A stretch of DNA of 64,000 bases from a virus (taxonomy: Duplodnaviria; Caudoviricetes), in the IMG/VR virus record IMGVR_UViG_3300030372_003981, positions 1,609 through 65,608 of that record; one strand, written 5' to 3'. Under the pieces are notes generated by a model. That model searched no databases. It saw nothing but the letters and a program-made list of their open reading frames with translations, and was not told the DNA's origin. Positions 27,567-36,370 of the stretch are shown here, in pieces. Position 1 is the stretch's first letter; every line of letters begins with the position of its first letter. The position numbers and the translations under genes were made by a program.

Positions 27567-27719
27567 TTAAAAAATAAGTAGCCACAAGCTGATGAACACG
27601 ATGTATATAGCGTTGATACAAAGTACTACACGAAACACTCGTGGGTGGTGATAACAAGTATGAAACACAATAGACACGACAATGCCTATCAATGTAAAGA
27701 ATAAGTATTTAAGTAACAT
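27567..27719 (-). CDS. Small two-TM early membrane protein (50 aa)
   Basis: MLLKYLFFTLIGIVVSIVF...; internal ATG at 27719. Confidence 0.55.
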   Translation of the reverse strand: MLLKYLFFTLIGIVVSIVFHTCYHHPRVFRVVLCINAIYIVFISLWLLIF

Positions 27720-27890
27720 AATAAATAGATTAAAGGTTAGATAATAAATAGTATAGATTGTAAGGTTGCTACGCATAATGCTGAATTTTCACTCACAAAG
27801 TATAACACATTACAGAAAAGAACAAACTGATGTAAAACATATTAATCGCTCAAAGAATACAACGTGTGTATAAATATACTAACGAAGCAC

Positions 27891-27921
27891 TTGACAATGT
27901 CATTTATTTTTCGTACCTTGG
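27891..27921 (+). promoter_or_regulatory. Host-type promoter with overlapping palindrome
   Basis: TTG(ACA)-20 nt-TACCTTGG; TGACA-A-TGTCA palindrome at 27892-27902. Confidence 0.55.
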
Positions 27922-28258
27922 GCGGGAGTGGGACAAAGACTGTACAGCACTAGAACATATCACCTAAATAGTAAGACCACAACACAACAACAAAACACTG
28001 TACAGAATAGTGATAGTGAATAACATGGAATAACCTATGTCACTCTCTCACAGTCACATTAATTTTTTATTGTTAGAAAAGTACTGTACTAGCACTCAAG
28101 AACAACCGAAAGGTTTTCCTGAGGCGTCTGTGTGCAATTTTTCTACCTTAAATTAATCTTTTATAAACTAGGCACGGGGGTTTTAAATTTTGACAAGGGG
28201 GTAGGCATATAAGGAATAAGGTTCACACACTTGAAAATATATAAAAAAAATTTTTTCG

Positions 28259-28266
28259 TATGTTTG
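28259..28266 (+). promoter_or_regulatory. Bacteroidota -7 element (TATGTTTG) at the start of the late block
   Basis: Exact TAnnTTTG with ATG 5 nt downstream. Confidence 0.65.
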
Positions 28267-28271
28267 CATAC

Positions 28272-28409
28272 ATGCAGGTACTATTTAGTTTTCATTGGGG
28301 TTTTGTGTTAGGTATACGACATTACGAGCCTGACGACAATCATCCATATACTGAGGCACATTTTTTTCTAGGCCCAGTGTGTATAACATTAACAGATAAA
28401 GAGGTATAA
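28272..28409 (+). CDS. Small protein, 45 aa (MQVLFSFHWGFVLGIRHYEPDDNHPYTEAHFFLGPVCITLTDKEV), not in track
   Basis: Starts 5 nt after the -7 element and ends 1 nt before the next ATG. Confidence 0.65.
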   Translation: MQVLFSFHWGFVLGIRHYEPDDNHPYTEAHFFLGPVCITLTDKEV

Positions 28410-28410
28410 T

Positions 28411-28788
28411 ATGTGGGGTCATATAGAGAGAAGTAACAATAAGATGGTATATGCAAGAAGTGTTAGTGATGTTGCTGATGACAACGATGCTGCTCGTTCA
28501 GTTTGTTTTCCTGTTTCTGCAATAAGGGGTTTTATTTTTAGTACTAGTGGTAATATTATTCTTAGGTATGAGAGCCCTTATCAATTTGCCATGGAAGATA
28601 ATGGTAACTGTGACGGCTTAATACTATCTTTAACAGTATCTGGCACTCATAAAACGTTTATTGAAAATTTTGCAAGAGAAATAGCCTTTGGGGACAGTTA
28701 TTTTATCACATTGTGTGATAATGTTACTAGTGAGGCTTTTACAGGAATTAATGGTGTTGGTATTACATCTGATACAGGAGCTGATTAA
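28411..28788 (+). CDS. Paralog family C protein
   Basis: MVYAR...FPVSAIRG...FITLCDNV pattern. Confidence 0.65.
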   Translation: MWGHIERSNNKMVYARSVSDVADDNDAARSVCFPVSAIRGFIFSTSGNIILRYESPYQFAMEDNGNCDGLILSLTVSGTHKTFIENFAREIAFGDSYFITLCDNVTSEAFTGINGVGITSDTGAD

Positions 28789-29123
28789 TGGAAAAGTTTT
28801 TTTACATAGGAGATATAAGTGCCTCTAATATAGGGTTGTCTTATCCAGTTGAAAGTTGGAGGGGCGCTCACCCGTCTTCTGACACAGTGTTGAACATATA
28901 CTTCACTCCTGTAGACGAAGGAGGTTTAGCGTCTGATAAAGATAATGATGTTATACACCTAACTCTTAGCTCTGCTAATAAACATAAAGATGTTATGGAG
29001 TCTATCGTTGAAGCAATGAATACAAGTGATGAGCACGTTATTAATATTATTGATATTGATAATAGCTTAAAAATAAACGATTATATATCTAGTGTTTCTG
29101 TTACAATGAGTAGTGATGTATAA
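28788..29123 (+). CDS. Paralog family C protein
   Basis: KFFYI...YPVESWRG..LNIYF...VMESIV. Confidence 0.7.
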   Translation: MEKFFYIGDISASNIGLSYPVESWRGAHPSSDTVLNIYFTPVDEGGLASDKDNDVIHLTLSSANKHKDVMESIVEAMNTSDEHVINIIDIDNSLKINDYISSVSVTMSSDV

Positions 29124-29156
29124 TTTTTACAAAAAAACGCTTCGCGTTTAATTTAG

Positions 29157-29164
29157 TATATTTG
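29157..29164 (+). promoter_or_regulatory. -7 element with ATG 4 nt downstream
   Basis: TATATTTG-caca-ATG(29169). Confidence 0.65.
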
Positions 29165-29168
29165 CACA

Positions 29169-29471
29169 ATGGACAGGTACGTATTGTTTGTAAACACTTC
29201 AGCAGATTATTTAGGTTTTCCTTTGAAAGCTTACATAGGACTTATATATGCCTCTGCAACAACTATAGATTTATATTTTGAAAAGTCTCCCTTATCTTAT
29301 AAGGTTACCTTAACTATAGAAACAGGGACAGGTGTTCAAGTTGCAAAAAAGATACAAGAGCTTTTTAGTAAATATACAGGCTCGCAAATATTGTTTGATG
29401 AGGTAGAAAGTAAATTTCCAATATCAGAGGTTACAGCTATTTCTTCATTTACAAAAGTTATAATAAAATGA
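29169..29471 (+). CDS. Paralog family C protein
   Basis: YLGFPL...IDLYFEK..VTLTI.TG. Confidence 0.65.
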   Translation: MDRYVLFVNTSADYLGFPLKAYIGLIYASATTIDLYFEKSPLSYKVTLTIETGTGVQVAKKIQELFSKYTGSQILFDEVESKFPISEVTAISSFTKVIIK

Positions 29472-30115
29472 TATATCACGTTACATTTAGTCATGGAGCT
29501 AATATAAACTTAGGAAGATGCACTATATCTTCTGCCACTGACACAACTATTACAAGCTATTGGGGTTCTGGAGAAGATTTTTATCAAAACTTTACAAACT
29601 TAAAGATAGTGCCAGGTCAAATTTTATACATGCTGTCTCCATCTTCTAAAAGGGTGCGACTAGGAAGAATATCTGCAGTGACATCTACAGTGATAACTCT
29701 AGCGTCAAACCCTGGAGTCTATGCATATGAGCAAATACAAAAACATGGCTTTTTAGAACTATACGTGGAACAAGAGAAGTCTCTATATTCATATCCTCAA
29801 TCAAGATACTGTGGAGCCTCTTTATCAAAACAGGGCGGCTATTATAAAGAATATGATTCTTCTACTTCTATAGAATCTGAGGTTACAGCAACTGAAACAA
29901 ACTCCTTAATAACACTATATTTTGAAAAGGGAAACACTTTTGATGAGGTGAGAGTAGAGGTTTATCATGGTAAAGAATCAGAAGCAATAAACGCAATTAA
30001 CAATATTTTAACAAATCAAAAAAATATTAGTTTTTCTACATCATTACAGTCTGAGGACAGTAAAATAATAGGAATAAATTCTATAGTGTCTAATGTTGCA
30101 AAAGACAACTACTAG
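29468..30115 (+). CDS. Family C domain carrying an inserted beta-rich domain
   Basis: SYPQSRYCG...ITLYFEKG shared with the 29169 ORF. Confidence 0.55.
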   Translation: MIYHVTFSHGANINLGRCTISSATDTTITSYWGSGEDFYQNFTNLKIVPGQILYMLSPSSKRVRLGRISAVTSTVITLASNPGVYAYEQIQKHGFLELYVEQEKSLYSYPQSRYCGASLSKQGGYYKEYDSSTSIESEVTATETNSLITLYFEKGNTFDEVRVEVYHGKESEAINAINNILTNQKNISFSTSLQSEDSKIIGINSIVSNVAKDNY

Positions 30116-30133
30116 TATATTGTTATTTTTTTA

Positions 30134-30141
30134 TATCTTTG
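30134..30141 (+). promoter_or_regulatory. -7 element with ATG 4 nt downstream
   Basis: TATCTTTG-gggt-ATG(30146). Confidence 0.65.
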
Positions 30142-30145
30142 GGGT

Positions 30146-30445
30146 ATGATTAGAGAAAAAACTTCTTTTGGTGTAATTCATAAAAATTTAATGGGTGAAG
30201 AGTACCATGTTAGTTTTTCAAAAGAATATTATAACGTTGTTAAAAAGGAAGATGATATAGTTATGTATCTTATTGACAATGACTATGAGATATTAGACAA
30301 ATCTATTTATTACGTAGGAGGGAGTGTTCATAAAGGTGTTGACACATACTATAATGATGAAAATGAATCCTTATATATAGAACCATACGAATATGTAGAA
30401 TACGGAGTATGGAAAACTAAGTTTAAAATTAAAAAGAAAAAATAA
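30146..30445 (+). CDS. Hypothetical protein
   Basis: 99 aa, Tyr-rich. Confidence 0.6.
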   Translation: MIREKTSFGVIHKNLMGEEYHVSFSKEYYNVVKKEDDIVMYLIDNDYEILDKSIYYVGGSVHKGVDTYYNDENESLYIEPYEYVEYGVWKTKFKIKKKK

Positions 30446-30909
30446 TGCCACAATTAACAGTAACCACAAGAGAAAACATAATTATAAATGGCAGACAACA
30501 GGGTTCATCTAGAGTGATGACCTTTAATAATATTGTTGATGTTTATAGTAGAGTGTTTTCTTTTAAACAACAAACATTAACGTCCTTATATACCACTCAT
30601 GCAGACACAGTTTCTGCTGGTGTATTTGATGACGGAAGCGTTAAATATGTAAGAATAACTAGTTTAGGTAAAGAACCTATAGTAATAAACGTTTTAGGAG
30701 AAAATAACATTTCTTTTGCATATGAAATAAAACAAAATCAAAACTTTTATTTATATGGACATTCATTGGTAATAGAAGCTGATGATTCTGACGCAATAAC
30801 AACAGCTGATATGACATCTTTAGAAGACATTGATGAAGTAAAAGCTTATTGTCACAAAGGAGCTGCAAGAGTTGAAGTTTTTGTAGCAAGTTCTGAAGCA
30901 GCAAAATAA
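30445..30909 (+). CDS. Virion accessory protein, paralog family A
   Basis: VKYVRITSL; DIDEVKAY...VEVFVAS. Confidence 0.6.
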   Translation: MPQLTVTTRENIIINGRQQGSSRVMTFNNIVDVYSRVFSFKQQTLTSLYTTHADTVSAGVFDDGSVKYVRITSLGKEPIVINVLGENNISFAYEIKQNQNFYLYGHSLVIEADDSDAITTADMTSLEDIDEVKAYCHKGAARVEVFVASSEAAK

Positions 30910-30915
30910 TAACAT

Positions 30916-31386
30916 ATGGCAACATTAAAGGTAAACATATCAGAAGAATGCAATGTAGAAGGCATATCTTATAGTGGAACTAGAACAAAAGTTATAACAG
31001 GTGTTACCACGGTATTTAAACATATTGTTAATGTAACTACCACAGAAGGTGTTATCTTGACCTTCACTGATGCTGGCGGAGATATAGCCACTTTAGATAG
31101 AGACACTGTACAGTATTTAAGAATTACTAACTTAGATGAAAATAATTTTGTAATGATATCTCTTAAAGATGGTACTGCTGCAGTTGCTGCATTTAGATTA
31201 GACGCTGGAAGCACTCTTATTGTCCCAACACCAAATACAATTACTGAACATCCACAATTTTTTGTAGATGATGACAGCGCTACTAGTGGTGCTGGTGCTA
31301 CTATGTTAGATATAGATACTATTACAGCAGATGCAGATACTTCTGCTTGTAATATAGAGATATATTGTGCAATGAATAATAGCTAA
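30916..31386 (+). CDS. Virion accessory protein, paralog family A
   Basis: VQYLRITNLD; DIDTITAD...IEIYCA. Confidence 0.6.
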   Translation: MATLKVNISEECNVEGISYSGTRTKVITGVTTVFKHIVNVTTTEGVILTFTDAGGDIATLDRDTVQYLRITNLDENNFVMISLKDGTAAVAAFRLDAGSTLIVPTPNTITEHPQFFVDDDSATSGAGATMLDIDTITADADTSACNIEIYCAMNNS

Positions 31387-31387
31387 T

Positions 31388-31915
31388 ATGTATTTATTAC
31401 AGTTGAGCAAAAAGGGGGATATTGTAGAGACAGACGATGGTTTGTTTGCTATAAGTGAGTTTAAGGGTTTGGTAGATGATTTAGGAATAAAAGCTATGTT
31501 ATGGGTGGCTTTGGTTTGTGATTATGATAGCCCATATAGACATTTTGTAGAAAGAGAAAGAGTTAAGTCTGTAAGTAAAGCAGTATTTGACAAGTATGAG
31601 TGGAAAGGAATACAAAATAAAAAAATTGCTAGCGCAATTAACAAATATAAAGAACTTCAGTTCGACCCATTAGATGCTCAATTAGTTGCATTTAATGAAA
31701 AGATTGACGAATACACTCGTTTAATGAGAGATACAAGGATAAACGAGGACAATGCCGAAAGTATGCAAAAGATAATGATAGGTATTGAAAAAGTTCTAAA
31801 CACTAGGCAGAAACTTTTAGATGCTATTGAAAGAAGGGGTAGCAGGCAAAAAATAAAAGGGGAAGCAAAAATGAGTTATTTAGAAGAACAAATGAGTATT
31901 AAAGATAAAATTTAA
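31388..31915 (+). CDS. Conserved helical protein upstream of TerL (possible small terminase)
   Basis: DYDSPY motif and coiled coil; position upstream of terL as in crAss-like genomes. Confidence 0.45.
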   Translation: MYLLQLSKKGDIVETDDGLFAISEFKGLVDDLGIKAMLWVALVCDYDSPYRHFVERERVKSVSKAVFDKYEWKGIQNKKIASAINKYKELQFDPLDAQLVAFNEKIDEYTRLMRDTRINEDNAESMQKIMIGIEKVLNTRQKLLDAIERRGSRQKIKGEAKMSYLEEQMSIKDKI

Positions 31916-31919
31916 AATT

Positions 31920-32069
31920 ATGCCAGACAAAAAGGAAAATGTAGGAGAAACAGCTCCCGATACTAAAATGGTGGACGTGGCAACACCTCCTAAGAAAAAG
32001 AAAAAAATGGGACCTGGATATAAGCATGGTGGACGTGTTAGAGACACGTTTAAGGAACAATACGATTAA
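31920..32069 (+). CDS. Small protein, 49 aa, ending YKHGGRVRDTFKEQYD (not in track)
   Basis: ATG 31920 to TAA 32067-32069. Confidence 0.65.
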   Translation: MPDKKENVGETAPDTKMVDVATPPKKKKKMGPGYKHGGRVRDTFKEQYD

Positions 32070-32070
32070 T

Positions 32071-32247
32071 ATGAAAAAAATAAAAATAGGGAACAAAAAG
32101 TTTGTAGTTGATGGCGACACTTATATGGAAGAAAGTGCGTACAAAAACTATATAAAGAAAAAAGAAACCGCTTTTAATATTGGAGGAAGCTTAAGTAACG
32201 TTAAGTCGGAAGAACCTAAATATAAAGAGCATGGGCAAAACGATTAA
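32071..32247 (+). CDS. Small basic protein ending HGQND
   Basis: Internal ATG 32071; FNIGG motif; overlaps the terL start. Confidence 0.55.
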   Translation: MKKIKIGNKKFVVDGDTYMEESAYKNYIKKKETAFNIGGSLSNVKSEEPKYKEHGQND

Positions 32248-34051
32248 AAAATATGCCCCCATTGTTTATGAAGGCATACCTGAGTTAGACCCAGAGTCTG
32301 TGTCTTATCAGGAGTTTTGGGAGGAGCAAATACATAGATGTAAGCATGGTTACAAACCGAAAGGGATGGACCGTATTACTGGTAAACACTATTATTATCT
32401 TAATTTTTATAAGATACTTGGTAATAGTGGTGAGGATGGTAATAGAAAAACGCTTATATCTCCATGGTATAGAGATTTAGATAAGTTATATTTTGACTTA
32501 TTTGAACAATGCAAGGAGGAGGAAAAGGGAATGATTGTTATTAAAGCCAGAGATAAAGGTTTTAGTTATATGAATTCTGCATTATGTGGACATGAATATA
32601 CATTTTATCCATATAATGAAGTTGGAATTGCAGCGGGACTACAAGTGACCGCAGATTCGTTCTTTGATAAAGTGAAAAAAGGATTAAATGGCCAACATAT
32701 TAATCTAAGACATTCTGTTTTAAAAGACACGTCTGATATTATTAGAAGTGGATATAAACAGAAAAGTAAAGATGGTAAATGGCAAATAAGTGGATATCAA
32801 TCTGCAATACATTGTAGAACAATGTCTAATCCCGAAGTATTTAAAGGTGAACGTTTGAGTGTTATGATATTTGAAGAAGCTGGTGAGTTTAAAGAATTGC
32901 TTAACGCGTATATGTCATCAAAAGCATGCTTTATGGATGGTAATATACAGTTTGGTGTTCCAGTTATTGGTGGAACGGGTGGTGATATAGAAACGTCTTC
33001 TAAAGATTTTATGGAAATGTATTATAATGCAGATTCTTTTAATCTTATACCTATGTTTATTCCAGCGTCTGTATGTTATCATGGATTTTTTGATTTAAAA
33101 ACAGGAGTTAGTGATGAGAAGGGTGCAGAAAAAGAATTAGTAGAAGAAAGAAAGAAATTAGAAGGTAGAGACAATAGTAAGGCTTATAATTTACATATAC
33201 AAAACTATCCATTAACTGTAGAAGAAGCATTTTTGAAAACAAAAGGTAGTCGTTTTGACTTGTCTTTAATCAATGCTCAAAGAGGAAGAATAATGTCTCA
33301 TAGTAAATTTAAAAACCAAATTCAACGAGGAAGGTTAGAGTGGGGTTGGAGTGATGAAGATGGATTTACTGACAAGGTAGAATGGGTGGCTGATAAAAGC
33401 GGACCTTATTTAGTCCTTGAACATCCAGATGAAGAATACGACGCTTTAGACATAGGTGGTATTGACTCTTATGACCAAGATACGGCTGAAGCTTCAACAT
33501 CTATGGGAAGTGCACTTATATATAGAAGGTTTGTCTCTGTAGACATGCCTAGCGATTATATAATAGCAGATTACACAGAAAGGCCAAAGACAGCAGAAGA
33601 GTTTTGGGATGGATGTTTAAAATTAGCAGTATATTACAATGCTAAAATGCTTGTAGAGTACACAAAAATTGGTATTATAGATTATTTTAAAAGAAAAGGT
33701 GCTTTAAAATATCTTAAGGAAAAACCAAAAACTGCACATGCTCCTGGTACATTAACTAGGAACAGATATGGATTACAGATGAATAAACAAACAAAATCTG
33801 TAATGGAGCAGTACATGGACGATTATATTAAAACTAATATTGATGATATATGGTTCATAGATTTGTTAAACGAACTTGCTGATTATGGGACTAGAAATAC
33901 CGATAGGGCTATATCTTTTGGTTTGTGTCTTATACACAATATAGACATATTTCAAATGCAAGCTAGACAAAAAGAACAACAAGACAAGAAGTTAGGATTT
34001 ATTTACTATAAGAAACAAGGAGGTAGATTAGTCCCTTATAAAGATGATTAA
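32231..34051 (+). CDS. terL: Terminase large subunit
   Basis: VIKARDKGFSY Walker A, IFEEAG Walker B, GGIDSYD nuclease, TDRAISF. Confidence 0.95.
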   Translation: MGKTIKKYAPIVYEGIPELDPESVSYQEFWEEQIHRCKHGYKPKGMDRITGKHYYYLNFYKILGNSGEDGNRKTLISPWYRDLDKLYFDLFEQCKEEEKGMIVIKARDKGFSYMNSALCGHEYTFYPYNEVGIAAGLQVTADSFFDKVKKGLNGQHINLRHSVLKDTSDIIRSGYKQKSKDGKWQISGYQSAIHCRTMSNPEVFKGERLSVMIFEEAGEFKELLNAYMSSKACFMDGNIQFGVPVIGGTGGDIETSSKDFMEMYYNADSFNLIPMFIPASVCYHGFFDLKTGVSDEKGAEKELVEERKKLEGRDNSKAYNLHIQNYPLTVEEAFLKTKGSRFDLSLINAQRGRIMSHSKFKNQIQRGRLEWGWSDEDGFTDKVEWVADKSGPYLVLEHPDEEYDALDIGGIDSYDQDTAEASTSMGSALIYRRFVSVDMPSDYIIADYTERPKTAEEFWDGCLKLAVYYNAKMLVEYTKIGIIDYFKRKGALKYLKEKPKTAHAPGTLTRNRYGLQMNKQTKSVMEQYMDDYIKTNIDDIWFIDLLNELADYGTRNTDRAISFGLCLIHNIDIFQMQARQKEQQDKKLGFIYYKKQGGRLVPYKDD

Positions 34052-34053
34052 TT

Positions 34054-36330
34054 ATGGCGTATACAAATTTTCCAAGACAACTACTTAGTGATAAGGAGAA
34101 GGATAAAGATTGGTGTGAACAAAACTTGGACGCTATGGCACCATACATAGCACAACATAATAACAGTCTATATATTAATGATAGATATAAAGACATAAGA
34201 AATTATCAGGCATATCATGGTCATTTTGACCCCAAAGACTATGAGCACGTAACTGACCAGTATGGTACACCCTTTCCTGCTCGTATGACTAATTATAATA
34301 TTATTGCCCCCAAAATAGACTTATTAACAAGTGAGGAGTTAAGAAGACCTTTAGAAACTCAAGTAAATTCTGTAAACAAATCTGCTGTATTAAGAAAAGA
34401 AGATGTAAAAGTTGGACTTATAGCAGAAGCTTTATTATCTGATGTTAAAAAAGAGGTTAATGAGGTTATGGGGATGGATGTAACTCAAAATACTATGGGT
34501 ATGGAGATACCTGATAATATTGAAGAGTTTATGAGATACACATATAAAGAAGCAGTAGAAGAAACTGTAGAAGATGGATTAAATTATCTTAAAGAAACAT
34601 ATCGTTGGAAAGATTTATTTAAAAATGGCTTTAGAGACTTTTTGGTTACAGGAAAAGTTTTTTACAAAGTAGAAGCTTTAAATGGAGACCCTATAATTAG
34701 AAGGGTAGACCCAAGAAATATTGCTTTTGACATGTCTATAGAAAATGACTATTTAGATAATGCTCAATGGGTGGTAGAACAAAGATGGTTGGGAATTAAT
34801 CAAATACTAGACGAGTATGGTGATGAGCTCACAAAAGAAGATATTATGGAGCTTGAAAAAATGAGACATGTAGCATCTGGAGACGAATTAGCTCATTATA
34901 ACTCTAATTTAGATTGGATTCAGCATGATACGTCTACTGGTGTAAAAGTTAGGGTTCTTCATGGTGAATGGAAATCTATAAGAGCAATAAAAGTAAAAGT
35001 TTCTCCTAATAAATATGATGAAGCTAATCCATTTAGAAAGTTAGTAAAAGACACATATAAACCAAGAAAGGGAGAAGAAATAGAAACTAAATATGTAGAT
35101 GACATATGGGAGGCAACAAAAATAGGAGGACGTATTTTAGTTAACTGTAGACGTAGACCTAATCAAGTAAGGTCTGTAGATGATGCAGGAGCAACACCAC
35201 TTTCATATACTGGCTGTGTCCATAACCTATCTTCGGGTAGAGTGACAAGTTTGGTTGATGTTCTTAAACATATACAAATGTTATACAATGTGGTTATGTA
35301 TCACATAGAGTTAACATTATCTAGAGCTGGAGGAAAAGCTGTTGTTTATGACGTATCACAAATGCCATCTAATATTGGTATGGACATGCAAACTGTATTA
35401 TACCACATTAAAAATGATGGTATTATACCTATTAACTCAAGAGATGAGGGCGCAGACACAGCTAGGTTTAATCAATTTCAACAAGTAGATTTTACTTTAT
35501 CAAATTCTGTACAACAATTAATGAACCTAAAGCTTATGTTAGAACAAACAGCTGGACAGATTTGTGGTATTTCTCCACAAAGAGAAGGAGCTGTTTCTCA
35601 ATATGAAGCTGTAGGCAACGTTCAAAGAACGGTGGTTCAGTCAAATCTAGTTACAGAAAACTGGTTCTTCCAACATTCTGAGGTTAAAAAACGAGCTGTA
35701 GAAATGGTTTGTAATTTAATGAAGGTTTGTTGGGCTGAAGGAAAAAAAGCGGGATATATACTTGGAGATGGAGGATTTAAAACATTATCTATTTTTCCAG
35801 ATATTGCACTTAACGATTACGGTATATACATAACAGAAGGAGGTAAAGAAGATGCTATTAAACAAGCAATAACACAATTATCTCAGGCTGCACTACAAAG
35901 TGGAAATATAGATTTACTAAATGTTATTAAAGTTCTAAAAGCAGAAACACTCACTGAAGCAGAACACATTTTAGAAAATGGAATAAATGAGATGAAAAAA
36001 CAAGCACAAGCTACACAAGAAGCTCAAATGCAAGCACAACAAGCAGAAGCTCAAGAAAAGCTAGCTGAGAGACAGCATGACCTACAAATGAAGCAAATGG
36101 ATATAGAAGGTAAAGTTGCTGCAGCAGAAAAGCTAAATGAGGGTAAAATTGCTGTAGCTAACATTCAAGCTGATGTAGAAGCGGATATAAGTGCTGATAA
36201 AATAGAAACTCAATATAAAAAAGACATGTATTCTACAGATACAAGCCGTGAACTAGAAGAGGCTAAAATGAAGGAACAAAAAAAGCAGTCTGAAAGAGAT
36301 AGGCAAGCTGCTAATCAACTAAAAAAATAA
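34054..36330 (+). CDS. Portal protein
   Basis: Follows terL; FPRQ...KDKDW, YNIIAPKIDLL, crAss-type architecture. Confidence 0.9.
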   Translation: MAYTNFPRQLLSDKEKDKDWCEQNLDAMAPYIAQHNNSLYINDRYKDIRNYQAYHGHFDPKDYEHVTDQYGTPFPARMTNYNIIAPKIDLLTSEELRRPLETQVNSVNKSAVLRKEDVKVGLIAEALLSDVKKEVNEVMGMDVTQNTMGMEIPDNIEEFMRYTYKEAVEETVEDGLNYLKETYRWKDLFKNGFRDFLVTGKVFYKVEALNGDPIIRRVDPRNIAFDMSIENDYLDNAQWVVEQRWLGINQILDEYGDELTKEDIMELEKMRHVASGDELAHYNSNLDWIQHDTSTGVKVRVLHGEWKSIRAIKVKVSPNKYDEANPFRKLVKDTYKPRKGEEIETKYVDDIWEATKIGGRILVNCRRRPNQVRSVDDAGATPLSYTGCVHNLSSGRVTSLVDVLKHIQMLYNVVMYHIELTLSRAGGKAVVYDVSQMPSNIGMDMQTVLYHIKNDGIIPINSRDEGADTARFNQFQQVDFTLSNSVQQLMNLKLMLEQTAGQICGISPQREGAVSQYEAVGNVQRTVVQSNLVTENWFFQHSEVKKRAVEMVCNLMKVCWAEGKKAGYILGDGGFKTLSIFPDIALNDYGIYITEGGKEDAIKQAITQLSQAALQSGNIDLLNVIKVLKAETLTEAEHILENGINEMKKQAQATQEAQMQAQQAEAQEKLAERQHDLQMKQMDIEGKVAAAEKLNEGKIAVANIQADVEADISADKIETQYKKDMYSTDTSRELEEAKMKEQKKQSERDRQAANQLKK

Positions 36331-36334
36331 TACC

Positions 36335-36342
36335 TATCTTTG
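36335..36342 (+). promoter_or_regulatory. -7 element for the scaffold/MCP operon
   Basis: TATCTTTG between portal and scaffold genes. Confidence 0.65.
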
Positions 36343-36370
36343 TACAAAGTAATGAGCAAAAATTAAAATT

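Noticed and set aside
28037-28156. 39-codon plus-strand ORF (MSLSHSH...) in the control region
   Set aside because: No start context or typical composition; it overlaps the palindromes and hairpin, which are better explained as non-coding
21482-34051. Inteins or introns in DnaB and TerL
   Set aside because: Lengths (430 and 606 aa) are ordinary, motifs are contiguous, and no splice-junction motifs were seen
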